NCBI GenBank assembly: GCA_015064725.1
Contig: SVRQ01000009.1
Location: 1,897 to 65,896, forward strand
From: Oscillospiraceae bacterium
GTDB taxonomy: Bacteria > Bacillota > Clostridia > Oscillospirales > CAG-272
DNA: 64,000 nt
Direction: 5' to 3'
Of the stretch, positions 18,210-27,943 are shown piece by piece; the first letter of the stretch is position 1; the number at the start of each line of letters is the position of its first letter. Position numbers and translations under genes: made by a program. The notes below the pieces were generated by a model. The model made no database searches, was not told the origin of the DNA, and worked only from the letters and a program-made list of their open reading frames with translations.

Positions 18210-19231
18210 TGAAAAAACACAGAAATATACCGATTTTTGTGCCGCACCTCGGCTGCCCCAATACCTGTGTGTTTTGCAACCAACGCAAAATATCGGGCTG
18301 TGAAAAAGCTGATTTTTCCTCCGTTTCGGCGGAGATAGAGGAAGCTCTTTCCACCATTACCGCGGGCACGGACGTGCAGATAGCCTTTTTCGGCGGCAGC
18401 TTTACGGGCATTGACCGCAGAGATATGATATATCTGCTCGAAACGGCAAAAAGATTTATAGACGAGGGCAGAGTGGAAAGCATACGCCTTTCCACTCGCC
18501 CCGATTATATCGATGAAGAAATACTTGACATCCTCTGCCGTTACGGCGTGAAGAGCATCGAGCTCGGCATACAGAGTATGGACGATGCCGTCCTTCGTGC
18601 AAGCGGACGTGGGCATACCGCCGCACAAACGGAGCGTGCGTGCCGCCTTATCACAGCGCGCGGATTTGAGCTTGTCGGGCAGATGATGACGGGGCTTCCC
18701 GAGGCAACACTTGAAACGGAGCTTTACACTGCAAGGCGCATTTGCGAGCTTGGCGCATCGGGGGCGCGAATATACCCCACGGTCGTTTTTCGCGGCACGG
18801 AGCTTGAAAATATGATGAAGCGCGGCGAATACGAGAGCCGCGGGATGGAGCGCGTTATTGACGATGGCGCTGCCGTGCTTGCGGTTTTCCTTGAAAGCGG
18901 TGTGAACGTCATTCGCGTCGGGCTTCAGTCAAGCGAGCTTTTGACGGACGGAAGCGATACCGCAAGCCCATATCACGAAGCTACGGGCGAGCTTATATAT
19001 TCCCGATATTTTCGCAATATGGCGGAAAAGATGCTGGCGGAGCTTGAGCCGTGCGGGAAGAGCGTAACGATATACGTGTCCCCCGGCGAGGTCTCCAAAA
19101 TGGTTGGACAGAAAAAAACGAACTCAGAATATTTGAAGAAAAAATTCTCTCTTTACAGCATAAAGGTACGCGAAAGCGGTGAGCTTTCGCCAAATAAGAT
19201 AAAGATAATCTCGGAAGAAAGGAAGATATAG
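18209..19231 (+). CDS. radical SAM protein (ELP3/HemN-like family) conserved between rnc and smc in Clostridia
   Basis: CxxxCxxC triad is CPNTCVFC. The ATG at 18209 overlaps the rnc stop (TGATG). 340 aa. Confidence 0.75.
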   Translation: MKKHRNIPIFVPHLGCPNTCVFCNQRKISGCEKADFSSVSAEIEEALSTITAGTDVQIAFFGGSFTGIDRRDMIYLLETAKRFIDEGRVESIRLSTRPDYIDEEILDILCRYGVKSIELGIQSMDDAVLRASGRGHTAAQTERACRLITARGFELVGQMMTGLPEATLETELYTARRICELGASGARIYPTVVFRGTELENMMKRGEYESRGMERVIDDGAAVLAVFLESGVNVIRVGLQSSELLTDGSDTASPYHEATGELIYSRYFRNMAEKMLAELEPCGKSVTIYVSPGEVSKMVGQKKTNSEYLKKKFSLYSIKVRESGELSPNKIKIISEERKI

Positions 19232-19233
19232 TT

Positions 19234-22200
19234 ATGCGGCTTAAATCTCTTGAATTGCAGGGCTTTAAATCGTTCCCCGATAAGACCGTTATAAGCTTCA
19301 ACCGCGGCACAACGGTCGTTGTCGGCCCGAACGGCAGCGGAAAATCGAATATCTCGGACGCCATGCGTTGGGTCTTGGGCGAAATGTCTTCCAAAAATAT
19401 CCGAGGCGCGAAAATGGAGGACGTTATCTTTGCGGGCTCGCAGAAGCGCAGCCCTATGGGATACGCGGAGGTCTCCGTTGTATTTGACAACAGCGAGGAC
19501 GCGGGCAAAAACGAAAGTATGGGCGAATATGACGAGATAGTTGTAACGCGCCGTTACTACCGCGTTGGCGACAGCGAATATTTTATCAACAGAAAAAGCG
19601 CGCGCCTTAAAGATATCGTGGAGCTTTTTCTCAACACGGGTCTTGGAAAAAACGGATATTCCATTATAGGTCAGGGAAAAATAGCGGAGATAATCTCCCA
19701 AAAGAGCGAAGAACGCCGGGACGTTTTCGAGGAGGTCGCGGGCATTGCCAAATACCGCTACCAGAAGAACGAGGCGGAGAAAAAGCTTGCTTCCACGGAC
19801 GAAAATCTTGTAAGGCTTTCCGATATTGCCGGCGAGCTTGAAGGGCGCGTGGGTCCGCTTGAAAAGGAAGCGGAAAAAGCGAAAAGATATCTTGAAATAT
19901 ACGAAAAGAAAAAAGAAGCGGATATATCGCTTTCAATTTACGATATAGAAAATGCATCTGCCGAGGAAAAGGATCTTGCGGGCAAGCTCAAACTCTCCAA
20001 GCACGAGCTTGACGTTTCCGACGAAACGCTTGCGGATATGGACCGCGAGGATGAGAAGCTCTTTTCCAAAATACAGCAGAATAAGATAGATTATGAGCGT
20101 GCCGTGGAAAGCATCGCACAGGCAACGAAGAGCCTGCACGAAGCAAAAAGCGGTATCCTGGTAAAAGAAAACGATCTTTCCCATTACAAGAGCGTGCTTG
20201 ACGGCGCGGGCTCAAAGCTTTCCTCGCTGGATGCCTCGCTCTTTTCTGCGAACGAAGAATATGCCGCAAGACTTGCACAGCTTCGCGCGGCGGAAAAGAA
20301 CAAGAACGCCGTTGAAAAGGCTCTTGCCGAAGCGGATGAGCAGATAGCGGAGATACGAACCACCCTTGATGGCATAGAAGCGGAAAAACGGGAGATAGCA
20401 AAGGATACGGAATATCTCAAAGCACAGACGGTAGATGCGCGTGTTGCATCATCCGTTGCTTCCTCTCAAAGGGAGGCCGGCGCACAAAAGGCGCAGAAGC
20501 TTTCCGAGGATATTAAAAAATACGAAGAGGATATACAGCTTCTTTCCGCGCGTATTGCAAAGGCGCAGGAAAAAATAGACGGCTACGCCGAAAAAGAAAA
20601 AAAATTTAAAGAAGAAACGGATGCGCTGGATGCAAAGCGCACCGAAAACGAAGGCGAAAGCGCTCTCCTTTCCGAAAAGAAGAGCAAGATGCTTATAGAA
20701 TTATCGCAGACAAGGGTGAAGATACAGAACCTTGTCAATATGGAGGAGCTTTTTGAGGGCTATTCCCGTGCGGTAAAATTTGTTATGAACGCGCACAAAA
20801 CGGGGAAGATACTTACCGCAAACGGCAAAAAGCCGACGATATACGGTCCTGTGTCACTGCTTTTTGAGGTCGATGCCGAATATTCCCTTGCTGTGGAAAC
20901 AGCGCTTGGCGGCGGACTTCAAAATATCGTAACGGAGGACGAGGAAAGCGCAAAGGCGGCGATCTCATACCTGAAACGCCAGAATGCGGGCAGAGCCACG
21001 TTCTCTCCCGTGACAACTGTATTCGGCACGGAGCTTGATGAAGCGAAAATGGCGCTTTCCTCCAAAAAAGGTTTTATCGCCGTTGCCTCCAGACTTGTTC
21101 GTGCGGATGCAAAATTCACGGGCATTATCCGCAATATGCTCGGAAGAATAATCATCGCGGACGATCTTGACAATGCCGCAAAGATAGCAAAATCACTTGA
21201 TTTCAGATACAGGGTAGTAACGCTTGACGGTCAGGTCGTGAACGCAGGCGGCTCCTTTACGGGCGGCTCCTCGCAGAACAACAGCGGTATGCTTTCCCGC
21301 CGCGCACAGATAGACAAAATGAGCGCGGAGGCAGAGCTTCTTGAAAAGCAGGTATCCGCCGTAAACGATGATATAAAGAAAATTGCGGAAAATATCGCCT
21401 CCTTGAAGAAGCGCCGCGACGGTGTTATTTCCACTCTTTCCGTTTTGCGTACTATGAAGGAGGCGGAATCCACACAGCTTCACGTGCTTATCTCCACAGG
21501 CAACGGTATGGAAAAAACTCTTGCACAGCTTCGCGCAGAATACGATGCGGCGAAGAACAAGAACGAAAAGCAGGAGAACAGCATAAAAGACCTTGCCGAA
21601 AAGGAAAAGCAATATGCACAGCAGATAGAGAAGCTTTCAAAGAGGGATGCACGCCTTGAGGAAGAAAAGCGCGGGCTTCTTGAAAGATCGGAGTCTATTC
21701 GTACAAGCCGCGGCGAACGCGCCGTTGAGCTTGCAAGAGAGGAAAAGAACCTGGAACTTCTTCTTTCCGTGGCAAACGCGGCGAAGAGCAAGGCGCAGGA
21801 CTATGCTTCACGCAGGGAGGAGCTTAACGCAGAGCTGGAAACGGCGCGCGAAAGCACGGCGCTTGCAACGGAGCAGATAGAAGAATATAAAAAGACAATC
21901 TCCTTGTCCGAAGGCACGCTTCGGGAGCTTGAGGGACAGCGCGATGAACTTTCCCGCGTTTCCGTATCCCTTGAACAGAAGCAAGCGCAAAGCAGGGCAA
22001 AGCAAAGGGATCTTACCCACAAGCGTGAGCTTATCTTCCGTGAATACACAAGGCTTGAAGCTGCACATAAGAGCAGCGCAGATAAAAAGGACAAGCTGCT
22101 CTCGTTCCTTTGGGATGAATACGAGCTTTCCTACAGCGGCGCGTGCGAGCTGGGATTTGAAAGAGTTACGGAGCAGAACCGTGCGTCCGTTGCCGCACAG

Positions 22201-22857
22201 CAGGCTAAATGCCGCGAGGGCATAAAGGCTCTCGGCCACGTTAACGTGGGTGCGATAGAGGAGTTCCGCGAGGTGAGCGAACGCTATACCTTCCTTTCCG
22301 CGCAGATAAACGACCTTTGCAGCTCCAAGGAAGAGCTTGCGAAGATAATATTCACGCTGGAGGATCAGATGCGCCGTGATTTTGCAACGACGATAGACGT
22401 TGTAAACGCAAACTTCGGTATGGTATTTACGGAGCTTTTCGGCGGCGGCCACGCGGAAATATCGCTGACAGACCCCGAAAACGTGCTTGAATCCGGCATT
22501 GAGATAAAAGCGGCTCCCCCCGGAAAGGTGATAAAAAATCTTTCCTTGCTTTCGGGCGGCGAGCAAGCGTTTGTTGCGATAGCTCTTTACTTTGCTATAA
22601 TGAAGGTAAGCCCCACTCCGTTCTGCATTATGGACGAGATAGAGGCGGCGCTTGACGAGGTAAACGTAGATAAATTTGCACAATACGTTAAGAAATATTC
22701 GGGAAAAACGCAGTTCGTTATAATTACGCACCGCCGCGGCACGATGGAGATTGCGGATACCCTTTATGGCGTTACGATGCACGAAAAGGGAATCTCTCAG
22801 GTGCTTTCCGTGGACGTTTCCGAAATAGAAAAGAAAACAGGCGTTATTCTTGATTGA
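19234..22857 (+). CDS. smc: chromosome segregation protein SMC
   Basis: Walker A GPNGSGKSN. Long coiled coils with a central hinge. LSGGEQAF signature and Walker B FCIMDEIEAALD. 1207 aa. Confidence 0.95.
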   Translation: MRLKSLELQGFKSFPDKTVISFNRGTTVVVGPNGSGKSNISDAMRWVLGEMSSKNIRGAKMEDVIFAGSQKRSPMGYAEVSVVFDNSEDAGKNESMGEYDEIVVTRRYYRVGDSEYFINRKSARLKDIVELFLNTGLGKNGYSIIGQGKIAEIISQKSEERRDVFEEVAGIAKYRYQKNEAEKKLASTDENLVRLSDIAGELEGRVGPLEKEAEKAKRYLEIYEKKKEADISLSIYDIENASAEEKDLAGKLKLSKHELDVSDETLADMDREDEKLFSKIQQNKIDYERAVESIAQATKSLHEAKSGILVKENDLSHYKSVLDGAGSKLSSLDASLFSANEEYAARLAQLRAAEKNKNAVEKALAEADEQIAEIRTTLDGIEAEKREIAKDTEYLKAQTVDARVASSVASSQREAGAQKAQKLSEDIKKYEEDIQLLSARIAKAQEKIDGYAEKEKKFKEETDALDAKRTENEGESALLSEKKSKMLIELSQTRVKIQNLVNMEELFEGYSRAVKFVMNAHKTGKILTANGKKPTIYGPVSLLFEVDAEYSLAVETALGGGLQNIVTEDEESAKAAISYLKRQNAGRATFSPVTTVFGTELDEAKMALSSKKGFIAVASRLVRADAKFTGIIRNMLGRIIIADDLDNAAKIAKSLDFRYRVVTLDGQVVNAGGSFTGGSSQNNSGMLSRRAQIDKMSAEAELLEKQVSAVNDDIKKIAENIASLKKRRDGVISTLSVLRTMKEAESTQLHVLISTGNGMEKTLAQLRAEYDAAKNKNEKQENSIKDLAEKEKQYAQQIEKLSKRDARLEEEKRGLLERSESIRTSRGERAVELAREEKNLELLLSVANAAKSKAQDYASRREELNAELETARESTALATEQIEEYKKTISLSEGTLRELEGQRDELSRVSVSLEQKQAQSRAKQRDLTHKRELIFREYTRLEAAHKSSADKKDKLLSFLWDEYELSYSGACELGFERVTEQNRASVAAQQAKCREGIKALGHVNVGAIEEFREVSERYTFLSAQINDLCSSKEELAKIIFTLEDQMRRDFATTIDVVNANFGMVFTELFGGGHAEISLTDPENVLESGIEIKAAPPGKVIKNLSLLSGGEQAFVAIALYFAIMKVSPTPFCIMDEIEAALDEVNVDKFAQYVKKYSGKTQFVIITHRRGTMEIADTLYGVTMHEKGISQVLSVDVSEIEKKTGVILD

Positions 22858-22871
22858 AAGGTTAGAATACT

Positions 22872-23780
22872 ATGGGATTTTTTGAAAAGCTTAAACAGGG
22901 TCTTGCGAAGACGAAGGATGCCTTCGTCGGCAAGATAAACAACCTCTTCCGTTCCTTTTCCCGAGTTGACGAGGATATGATGGAGGAGCTTGAGGAGATA
23001 CTTATAACGGCGGATATCGGCGTGGAGGTTACGGAGAATATTCTCGATACTCTGCGCGACCGCATTAAGGACGAGCATATCACCGACCCCGAAGAAACGA
23101 GAAAGGTACTCTTTGAGATACTCAAGGATATGATAGGCGAGGGCGAGCCCATCGCAGAAGAGAAGGGCGCAATGACCGTTATCCTCGTTATCGGCGTAAA
23201 CGGTGTGGGCAAAACGACGTCCATTGCAAAAATTGCAAACGTAATGAAGAAAAAACGCAAAAAGGTCGTTCTTGCGGCGGCGGATACCTTCCGCGCGGCG
23301 GCTATCGACCAGCTGGAGGTCTGGGCGGACAGAGTGGGCGTTGACATCATCCGTCAGGCAGAGGGCTCCGACCCTGCGGCAGTCGTTTTCGATGCTTGCG
23401 CGGCGGCCAAAAAGAGGGATGCGGACGTGCTTATAATAGACACGGCGGGCAGACTCCACAATAAAAAGAACCTTATGGCAGAGCTTGCGAAGATAAACCG
23501 CGTTATAGAACGCGAGCTTCCCGAGGCTGTACGCGAAACTCTTCTCGTTCTCGATGCCACAACGGGTCAGAATGCGCTTATACAGGCAAAAGAATTTAAA
23601 AACGCGGCAGAGATCACGGGTCTTGTTCTCACGAAGCTGGACGGTACGGCAAAGGGCGGTATCGTGCTTGCTATCAAGCACGAGCTCGGCATACCCGTTA
23701 AGTTTATCGGCGTCGGTGAAAAGATGGATGACCTTGAGGAATTCAGCGCAGAAGATTTTGTAAGTGCGCTCTTTGAATAA
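22872..23780 (+). CDS. ftsY: signal recognition particle receptor FtsY
   Basis: SRP GTPase motifs GVNGVGKTT, DTAGR and TKLDGTAKGG. 302 aa. Confidence 0.95.
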   Translation: MGFFEKLKQGLAKTKDAFVGKINNLFRSFSRVDEDMMEELEEILITADIGVEVTENILDTLRDRIKDEHITDPEETRKVLFEILKDMIGEGEPIAEEKGAMTVILVIGVNGVGKTTSIAKIANVMKKKRKKVVLAAADTFRAAAIDQLEVWADRVGVDIIRQAEGSDPAAVVFDACAAAKKRDADVLIIDTAGRLHNKKNLMAELAKINRVIERELPEAVRETLLVLDATTGQNALIQAKEFKNAAEITGLVLTKLDGTAKGGIVLAIKHELGIPVKFIGVGEKMDDLEEFSAEDFVSALFE

Positions 23781-23789
23781 GGAGTTATT

Positions 23790-24407
23790 ATGGAGATCGT
23801 ACTTGCTTCCAACAACAAGCACAAGGTCGTTGAGCTTGAATATTTTATAAACGAGATGTGCCGCTGTCACGGCTTGGAGAGCATAAAGGTGCTTACGCTT
23901 TCCGACATCGGCTTTACGGATGAAATTATAGAGGACGGCAAAACCTTTGAAGAAAACGCACTTATCAAGGCGCGTGCCGTTGCCGCAAAAGGCTATATCG
24001 GCATTGCGGACGATTCGGGTCTTTGCGTGGATGCGCTTCACGGTGAGCCCGGCGTTTACTCCGCACGCTACGCCGGCGAGCCTTGTGACGATGCAAAAAA
24101 CAACGCACTTCTCCTTGAAAAGATGGCGGACGTGCCGGAGAACGAGCGCACGGCGCATTTCGTTTCCGTTATAGGTTTGGCTTATCCGAACGGAGATGGA
24201 TTTACCGTTCGCGGCGAATGCCCCGGAAAGATACTCTTTGCACTTCGCGGAAACGGCGGCTTCGGATATGATCCGCTGTTCCTCTACGAGCCTTACGGCA
24301 AAACTTATGCCGAAATAAATGCGGAAGAAAAGAATGCGATAAGCCACCGCGCACGCGCGATGCGTCTTTTCTCCGAAAAATTTGCAAAAGAAATAAAAAA
24401 TAAATAA
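23790..24407 (+). CDS. rdgB: XTP/dITP diphosphatase (Ham1/RdgB family)
   Basis: IVLASNNKHKVVE, ALIKARAV, GNGGFGYDPLF, NAISHRARA. Confidence 0.9.
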   Translation: MEIVLASNNKHKVVELEYFINEMCRCHGLESIKVLTLSDIGFTDEIIEDGKTFEENALIKARAVAAKGYIGIADDSGLCVDALHGEPGVYSARYAGEPCDDAKNNALLLEKMADVPENERTAHFVSVIGLAYPNGDGFTVRGECPGKILFALRGNGGFGYDPLFLYEPYGKTYAEINAEEKNAISHRARAMRLFSEKFAKEIKNK

Positions 24408-24421
24408 AAAAGGAATTGAAT

Positions 24422-24814
24422 ATGCTTACAAGCAAACAGCGCGCGTACCTTCGCGGCCGCGCAAACGATTATGAAACAATATTTCAGGTGGGCAAGGGCG
24501 GCATAAACGAAAATATGCTCGAACAGATAGACAACGCCCTTGAAGCACGTGAGCTTATCAAGCTCCGCACGCTCGAAAACAGCGATTTCTTCGCGCGCGA
24601 AGCCGCTGAAACTATCGCAGAAGAGCTTGGTGCGGACGTTGTCAGCGTTGTCGGCTCCCGCTTTATTCTTTACAGAGAATCCGAGAAAAACAAAAAATTC
24701 GATATTGAAAAGCTTTGCATCATAGAGGAAGAAAAGAAGCCTGCTAAAAAAGTTCAGGTAAAACCCGCTATGAAAAGAAAAATTGCCAAAAAGCTTGCAA
24801 GAAAAGGCAAATAA
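24422..24814 (+). CDS. yhbY: YhbY-type CRM-domain RNA-binding protein (ribosome assembly)
   Basis: LTSKQRAYLRGRAN...FQVGKGGINENMLEQIDNALEARELIKL, followed by a Lys-rich C-terminal tail. ATG 24422 is preferred over the TTG at 24416. Confidence 0.85.
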   Translation: MLTSKQRAYLRGRANDYETIFQVGKGGINENMLEQIDNALEARELIKLRTLENSDFFAREAAETIAEELGADVVSVVGSRFILYRESEKNKKFDIEKLCIIEEEKKPAKKVQVKPAMKRKIAKKLARKGK

Positions 24815-24817
24815 TAA

Positions 24818-25137
24818 GCCTTCCCCTTTGGGTTGCGCCTTCAAATTCGCAGAATTTGAATTTTGCCTTGCAAAAAATCTTTGCTAAAGTAGGAAAGGCA
24901 ATAGATTTGTTCACACTTTGAGAAGGTGTCACGGAGTGACGGATGAGGTTTATCATTGCGCAAAACCTCTCCCGACGTGAGAGTCTTTCAAAAACGCAAA
25001 GCTTTAAATTTTATAGCATAGTAGGGGCGAGCATTGCTCGTCCGCGAAAAAGTAGGCAAAAAGAACTTTGTAAAAAAGCACGATAATTTTAGTAAAGTCC
25101 ATTGTCTTACCGTAGGGGAGGGGCTTGCTCCTCCCGC
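24818..25137. repeat. composite repeat block: split module A plus one 91-bp-type unit
   Basis: Left arm of module A lies at 24818-24832 and the remainder at 24920-24948, separated by about 87 bp with its own hairpins. 25021-25137 is homologous to the units of the 30375-30735 array. Confidence 0.85.
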
Positions 25138-25165
25138 AAAATCTAACCATATGAAAGGAGCAAAA

Positions 25166-25765
25166 ATGAGAACAGGCATATTTGGAGGAACCTTTTCCCC
25201 TATACACAACGGACACGTGAAGGCCGCGCGCTCTTTCCGCGACGAAATGAAGCTTGACGTGCTTTACGTTATCCCGGACAGAATTCCGCCGCACAAGCAG
25301 ATCTCCGGAAAAGACGACCCGTTTTTGCGCCTTGAAATGGTTAAGACCGCGCTTGCGGGTGAAGAAAAAATGATCGTTTCCGATACGGAGCTGAAGCGTG
25401 AAGGAAAAAGCTATACTGTTTATACGCTTCCCGAATTTACGGGAAACGGAGAGCTTTTTCTCCTTTGCGGAACGGATATGTTCTTGACGTTTGACACTTG
25501 GTTCAGGTTTGAGGATATTTTCCGTATGTGTACCCTTGTTCTTATGCAGAGAGAAACCTCAAGCCCCGCACTTCGCGCCGAAATCGAAGAAAAGAAAAAA
25601 TTATACACGGAAAAATACGGCGCGAAAATAGAGATGATAAAAGAAGAGCCCTTCGAAATATCCTCCTCTGAAATACGAAATATGATAGCAAAAGGAGAGG
25701 ATTATTCCGCTTACGTTCCCGAAAGCGTTCGTGAATTTATCGAAGAAAAGGGGCTTTACAGATGA
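25166..25765 (+). CDS. nadD: nicotinate-nucleotide adenylyltransferase
   Basis: Start moved to ATG 25166 (AAAGGAG RBS at 25154-25160); the ORF-track N-terminus is repeat DNA. GIFGGTFSPIHNGH motif. 199 aa. Confidence 0.9.
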   Translation: MRTGIFGGTFSPIHNGHVKAARSFRDEMKLDVLYVIPDRIPPHKQISGKDDPFLRLEMVKTALAGEEKMIVSDTELKREGKSYTVYTLPEFTGNGELFLLCGTDMFLTFDTWFRFEDIFRMCTLVLMQRETSSPALRAEIEEKKKLYTEKYGAKIEMIKEEPFEISSSEIRNMIAKGEDYSAYVPESVREFIEEKGLYR

Positions 25766-26391
25766 GCGCTGATATTGAAAAAATAAAAAGCGTCGTTGCC
25801 GAGTACGAGGGCGAAAAAAGGTTTTCGCATACGCTTGCCGTTATGCGAGAGGCTGAATATATAAGCCGCAAATGCTTTTTCAGCGAAGAAAAAGCCGAAA
25901 AAGTGCTCCTTGCCGCGCTGCTTCACGATATCACAAAGAAATTCGGCGAGAGGGAACAGGAAGAAATGTTCCGAAAATACGGAATAGACGTTCCTGCCTC
26001 CGCGCCGACGATGCACGAAAAAACCGGCGCGCACTTTGCACGCGAGCTTTTCGGTGCCGGCGTGGTCGACGGAGAGGTCTTTTCCGCAATATATTGCCAC
26101 ACAACGGGAAAGGAGCATATGAGTATGCTCGATATGGCGGTTTTTATCGCGGATTACACGGAAGAAACAAGAAAACACGCCGCCTGCCGCGAAATGCGGG
26201 AATATTTGCATAAAGAATGTGAAAAAATAGATTGTGAACAAGCCGCCGAAAGCGTTCTGCGGGATGTCACTTTGAGAATTATCGGCAATACGCTCTGCTA
26301 TCTGCTTCGGGAGAAGCAGCAGATCGACATCGGAACGGTCAGGTCTTGGAATTCAATGATCTTAGATTTAGGAGTTACGAGTGAACGATAA
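25762..26391 (+). CDS. yqeK: HD-domain bis(5'-nucleosyl)-tetraphosphatase YqeK
   Basis: ATGA overlap with the nadD stop. HD motifs (RFSHTLAV, LLHDITK). Canonical nadD-yqeK pairing. Confidence 0.85.
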   Translation: MSADIEKIKSVVAEYEGEKRFSHTLAVMREAEYISRKCFFSEEKAEKVLLAALLHDITKKFGEREQEEMFRKYGIDVPASAPTMHEKTGAHFARELFGAGVVDGEVFSAIYCHTTGKEHMSMLDMAVFIADYTEETRKHAACREMREYLHKECEKIDCEQAAESVLRDVTLRIIGNTLCYLLREKQQIDIGTVRSWNSMILDLGVTSER

Positions 26392-27499
26392 TAATTTAAA
26401 AAAAGAAGAAAATAACGGCAAAAAACGCCCGATAGTGCTTATAACGGTTATCGCCTTTGTGCTTAGCCTTGCGCTTCTTACGGGGATATGCGCAATTGTT
26501 TTTCGCCCGAGCATCAGCTCCGACCCTCCGTTTGTCGGTACGCTTCCCACGGTGAACGGTACAACGGGCAGCGAGGAAGTTCCCGCCGTTACGCCGGAAT
26601 ACACGCGAAAAGACGGATATTATACATTCCTTGTCTGCGGTATGGATAACGTATCCAAAAATACGGACGTAATGATGCTCGTGTCACTTGACACAAAGAA
26701 TGGGGAGGTCAACATTCTCCAGATACCGCGAGATACCTTTATAAACCGCGATACCTCGGGTTACCGCGTGACGCGCATCAACGGTATATACACGCTTGCG
26801 TATACTGCGGCACCTTATGCCGGGGAAACGCGCAAAAAGCTTGCGATGGATAAGCTTTGCGAGTCCATTGAAAGCTCCCTCTGTGTTACCATAGACAGAT
26901 ACGTTCTTATGGACACTAAGGCTTTTGTGGGAATCATAGACGCCATCGGGGGAATAGATTACTACGTGCCTTTCGATATGGACTACGAAGACCCGGAGCA
27001 GGATCTTTACATCCACCTCAAGGAGGGTATGCAGCACCTTGACGGAAAGGAAGCGGAGCAGTTTATCCGCTACCGTTCCGGTTATATTACGGGCGACATC
27101 GGCAGAGTGGAGGCGCGCGCGGATTTCCTTAAAGCACTTTACGAGAAGGTGCGGGCAAGCTTCAGCCTTTCCGTTGCGGTGGAGATGGCGAAGCAGCTTA
27201 TAGGCAGCGTGACGACGGATGCAACGCTTGAGGACATTGCGTTTTTCGCAAGTGCGGTATATGCTATCGATGCCGAAAATATAAACGTAAAGACCCTTTC
27301 CGGAAGCGCCGTTATGAACCCGGAAAACGGCGTTTGGACGTATTACGCGCTTAACAAAAAAGCGGCTCTTGCCGATATAAACAGATATATGAACGCCTTT
27401 AAGGAAGACGTTTCATACGATATATTTGATAAAAATGCAATATTTACGGATGACCCCAATGGGAAAAATCCTTATATAAGCCAATATTATTACTCATAA
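26381..27499 (+). CDS. LytR-CpsA-Psr (LCP) family cell-envelope phosphotransferase
   Basis: N-terminal TM anchor. LCP core (NTDVMMLVSLDTKNGEVNILQIPRDT, GGIDYYVP, LDGKEAEQFIRYR). GTG start overlaps yqeK by 11 nt. Confidence 0.85.
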   Translation: MNDNNLKKEENNGKKRPIVLITVIAFVLSLALLTGICAIVFRPSISSDPPFVGTLPTVNGTTGSEEVPAVTPEYTRKDGYYTFLVCGMDNVSKNTDVMMLVSLDTKNGEVNILQIPRDTFINRDTSGYRVTRINGIYTLAYTAAPYAGETRKKLAMDKLCESIESSLCVTIDRYVLMDTKAFVGIIDAIGGIDYYVPFDMDYEDPEQDLYIHLKEGMQHLDGKEAEQFIRYRSGYITGDIGRVEARADFLKALYEKVRASFSLSVAVEMAKQLIGSVTTDATLEDIAFFASAVYAIDAENINVKTLSGSAVMNPENGVWTYYALNKKAALADINRYMNAFKEDVSYDIFDKNAIFTDDPNGKNPYISQYYYS

Positions 27500-27511
27500 A
27501 GGAGAAAAAGT

Positions 27512-27916
27512 ATGGATAACAACCAAAACATCGCAGAAAAGAACGCGAACACCGCGCTCGAACCCTTGGCACTTGCGGAACAGATCGTTAAGATACTTGA
27601 CGCGAACAAAGCGGGGCAGATAAAGCTACTGCGCGTGAACGATCAGACTGTTATGACGGATTATTTCGTTATCTGCACGGGTAACTCCAACACGCACATA
27701 AAGAGCCTTTCCGGAGAAGTTGAATTTAAGCTTGGCGAGATGGGCGTGACCCCTCTGGGCAACGACGGATACGATTCCGGCATTTGGATAGTTATGGACT
27801 ACGAAAGCGTAATGGTCCACATCTTTAACCGCGAGCAGAGAGATTTCTTCAAGCTTGAAAAGCTCTGGGCAGACGCGGAAGACGTTTCTATAGAAAATAT
27901 TGTCACGGAAGATTGA
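27512..27916 (+). CDS. rsfS: ribosome silencing factor RsfS
   Basis: MTDYFVICTGNSNTHIKSL...WIVMDYESVMVHIF...R.FFKLEKLW. 134 aa. Confidence 0.9.
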   Translation: MDNNQNIAEKNANTALEPLALAEQIVKILDANKAGQIKLLRVNDQTVMTDYFVICTGNSNTHIKSLSGEVEFKLGEMGVTPLGNDGYDSGIWIVMDYESVMVHIFNREQRDFFKLEKLWADAEDVSIENIVTED

Positions 27917-27943
27917 CGTTTAAATATCAAGGAGCATAAAACA

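Noticed and set aside
22797-24347. 516-aa minus-strand ORF across ftsY and rdgB
   Set aside because: It is antisense to two well-supported genes, spans their intergenic gap, and shows no motifs.
27917-27943. T-box leaders upstream of leuS and proS (35960-36102)
   Set aside because: The leuS gap is only 27 nt. The proS upstream region holds a promoter about 45 nt before the start and otherwise repeat DNA, which is too short for a T-box, and I saw no T-box consensus.
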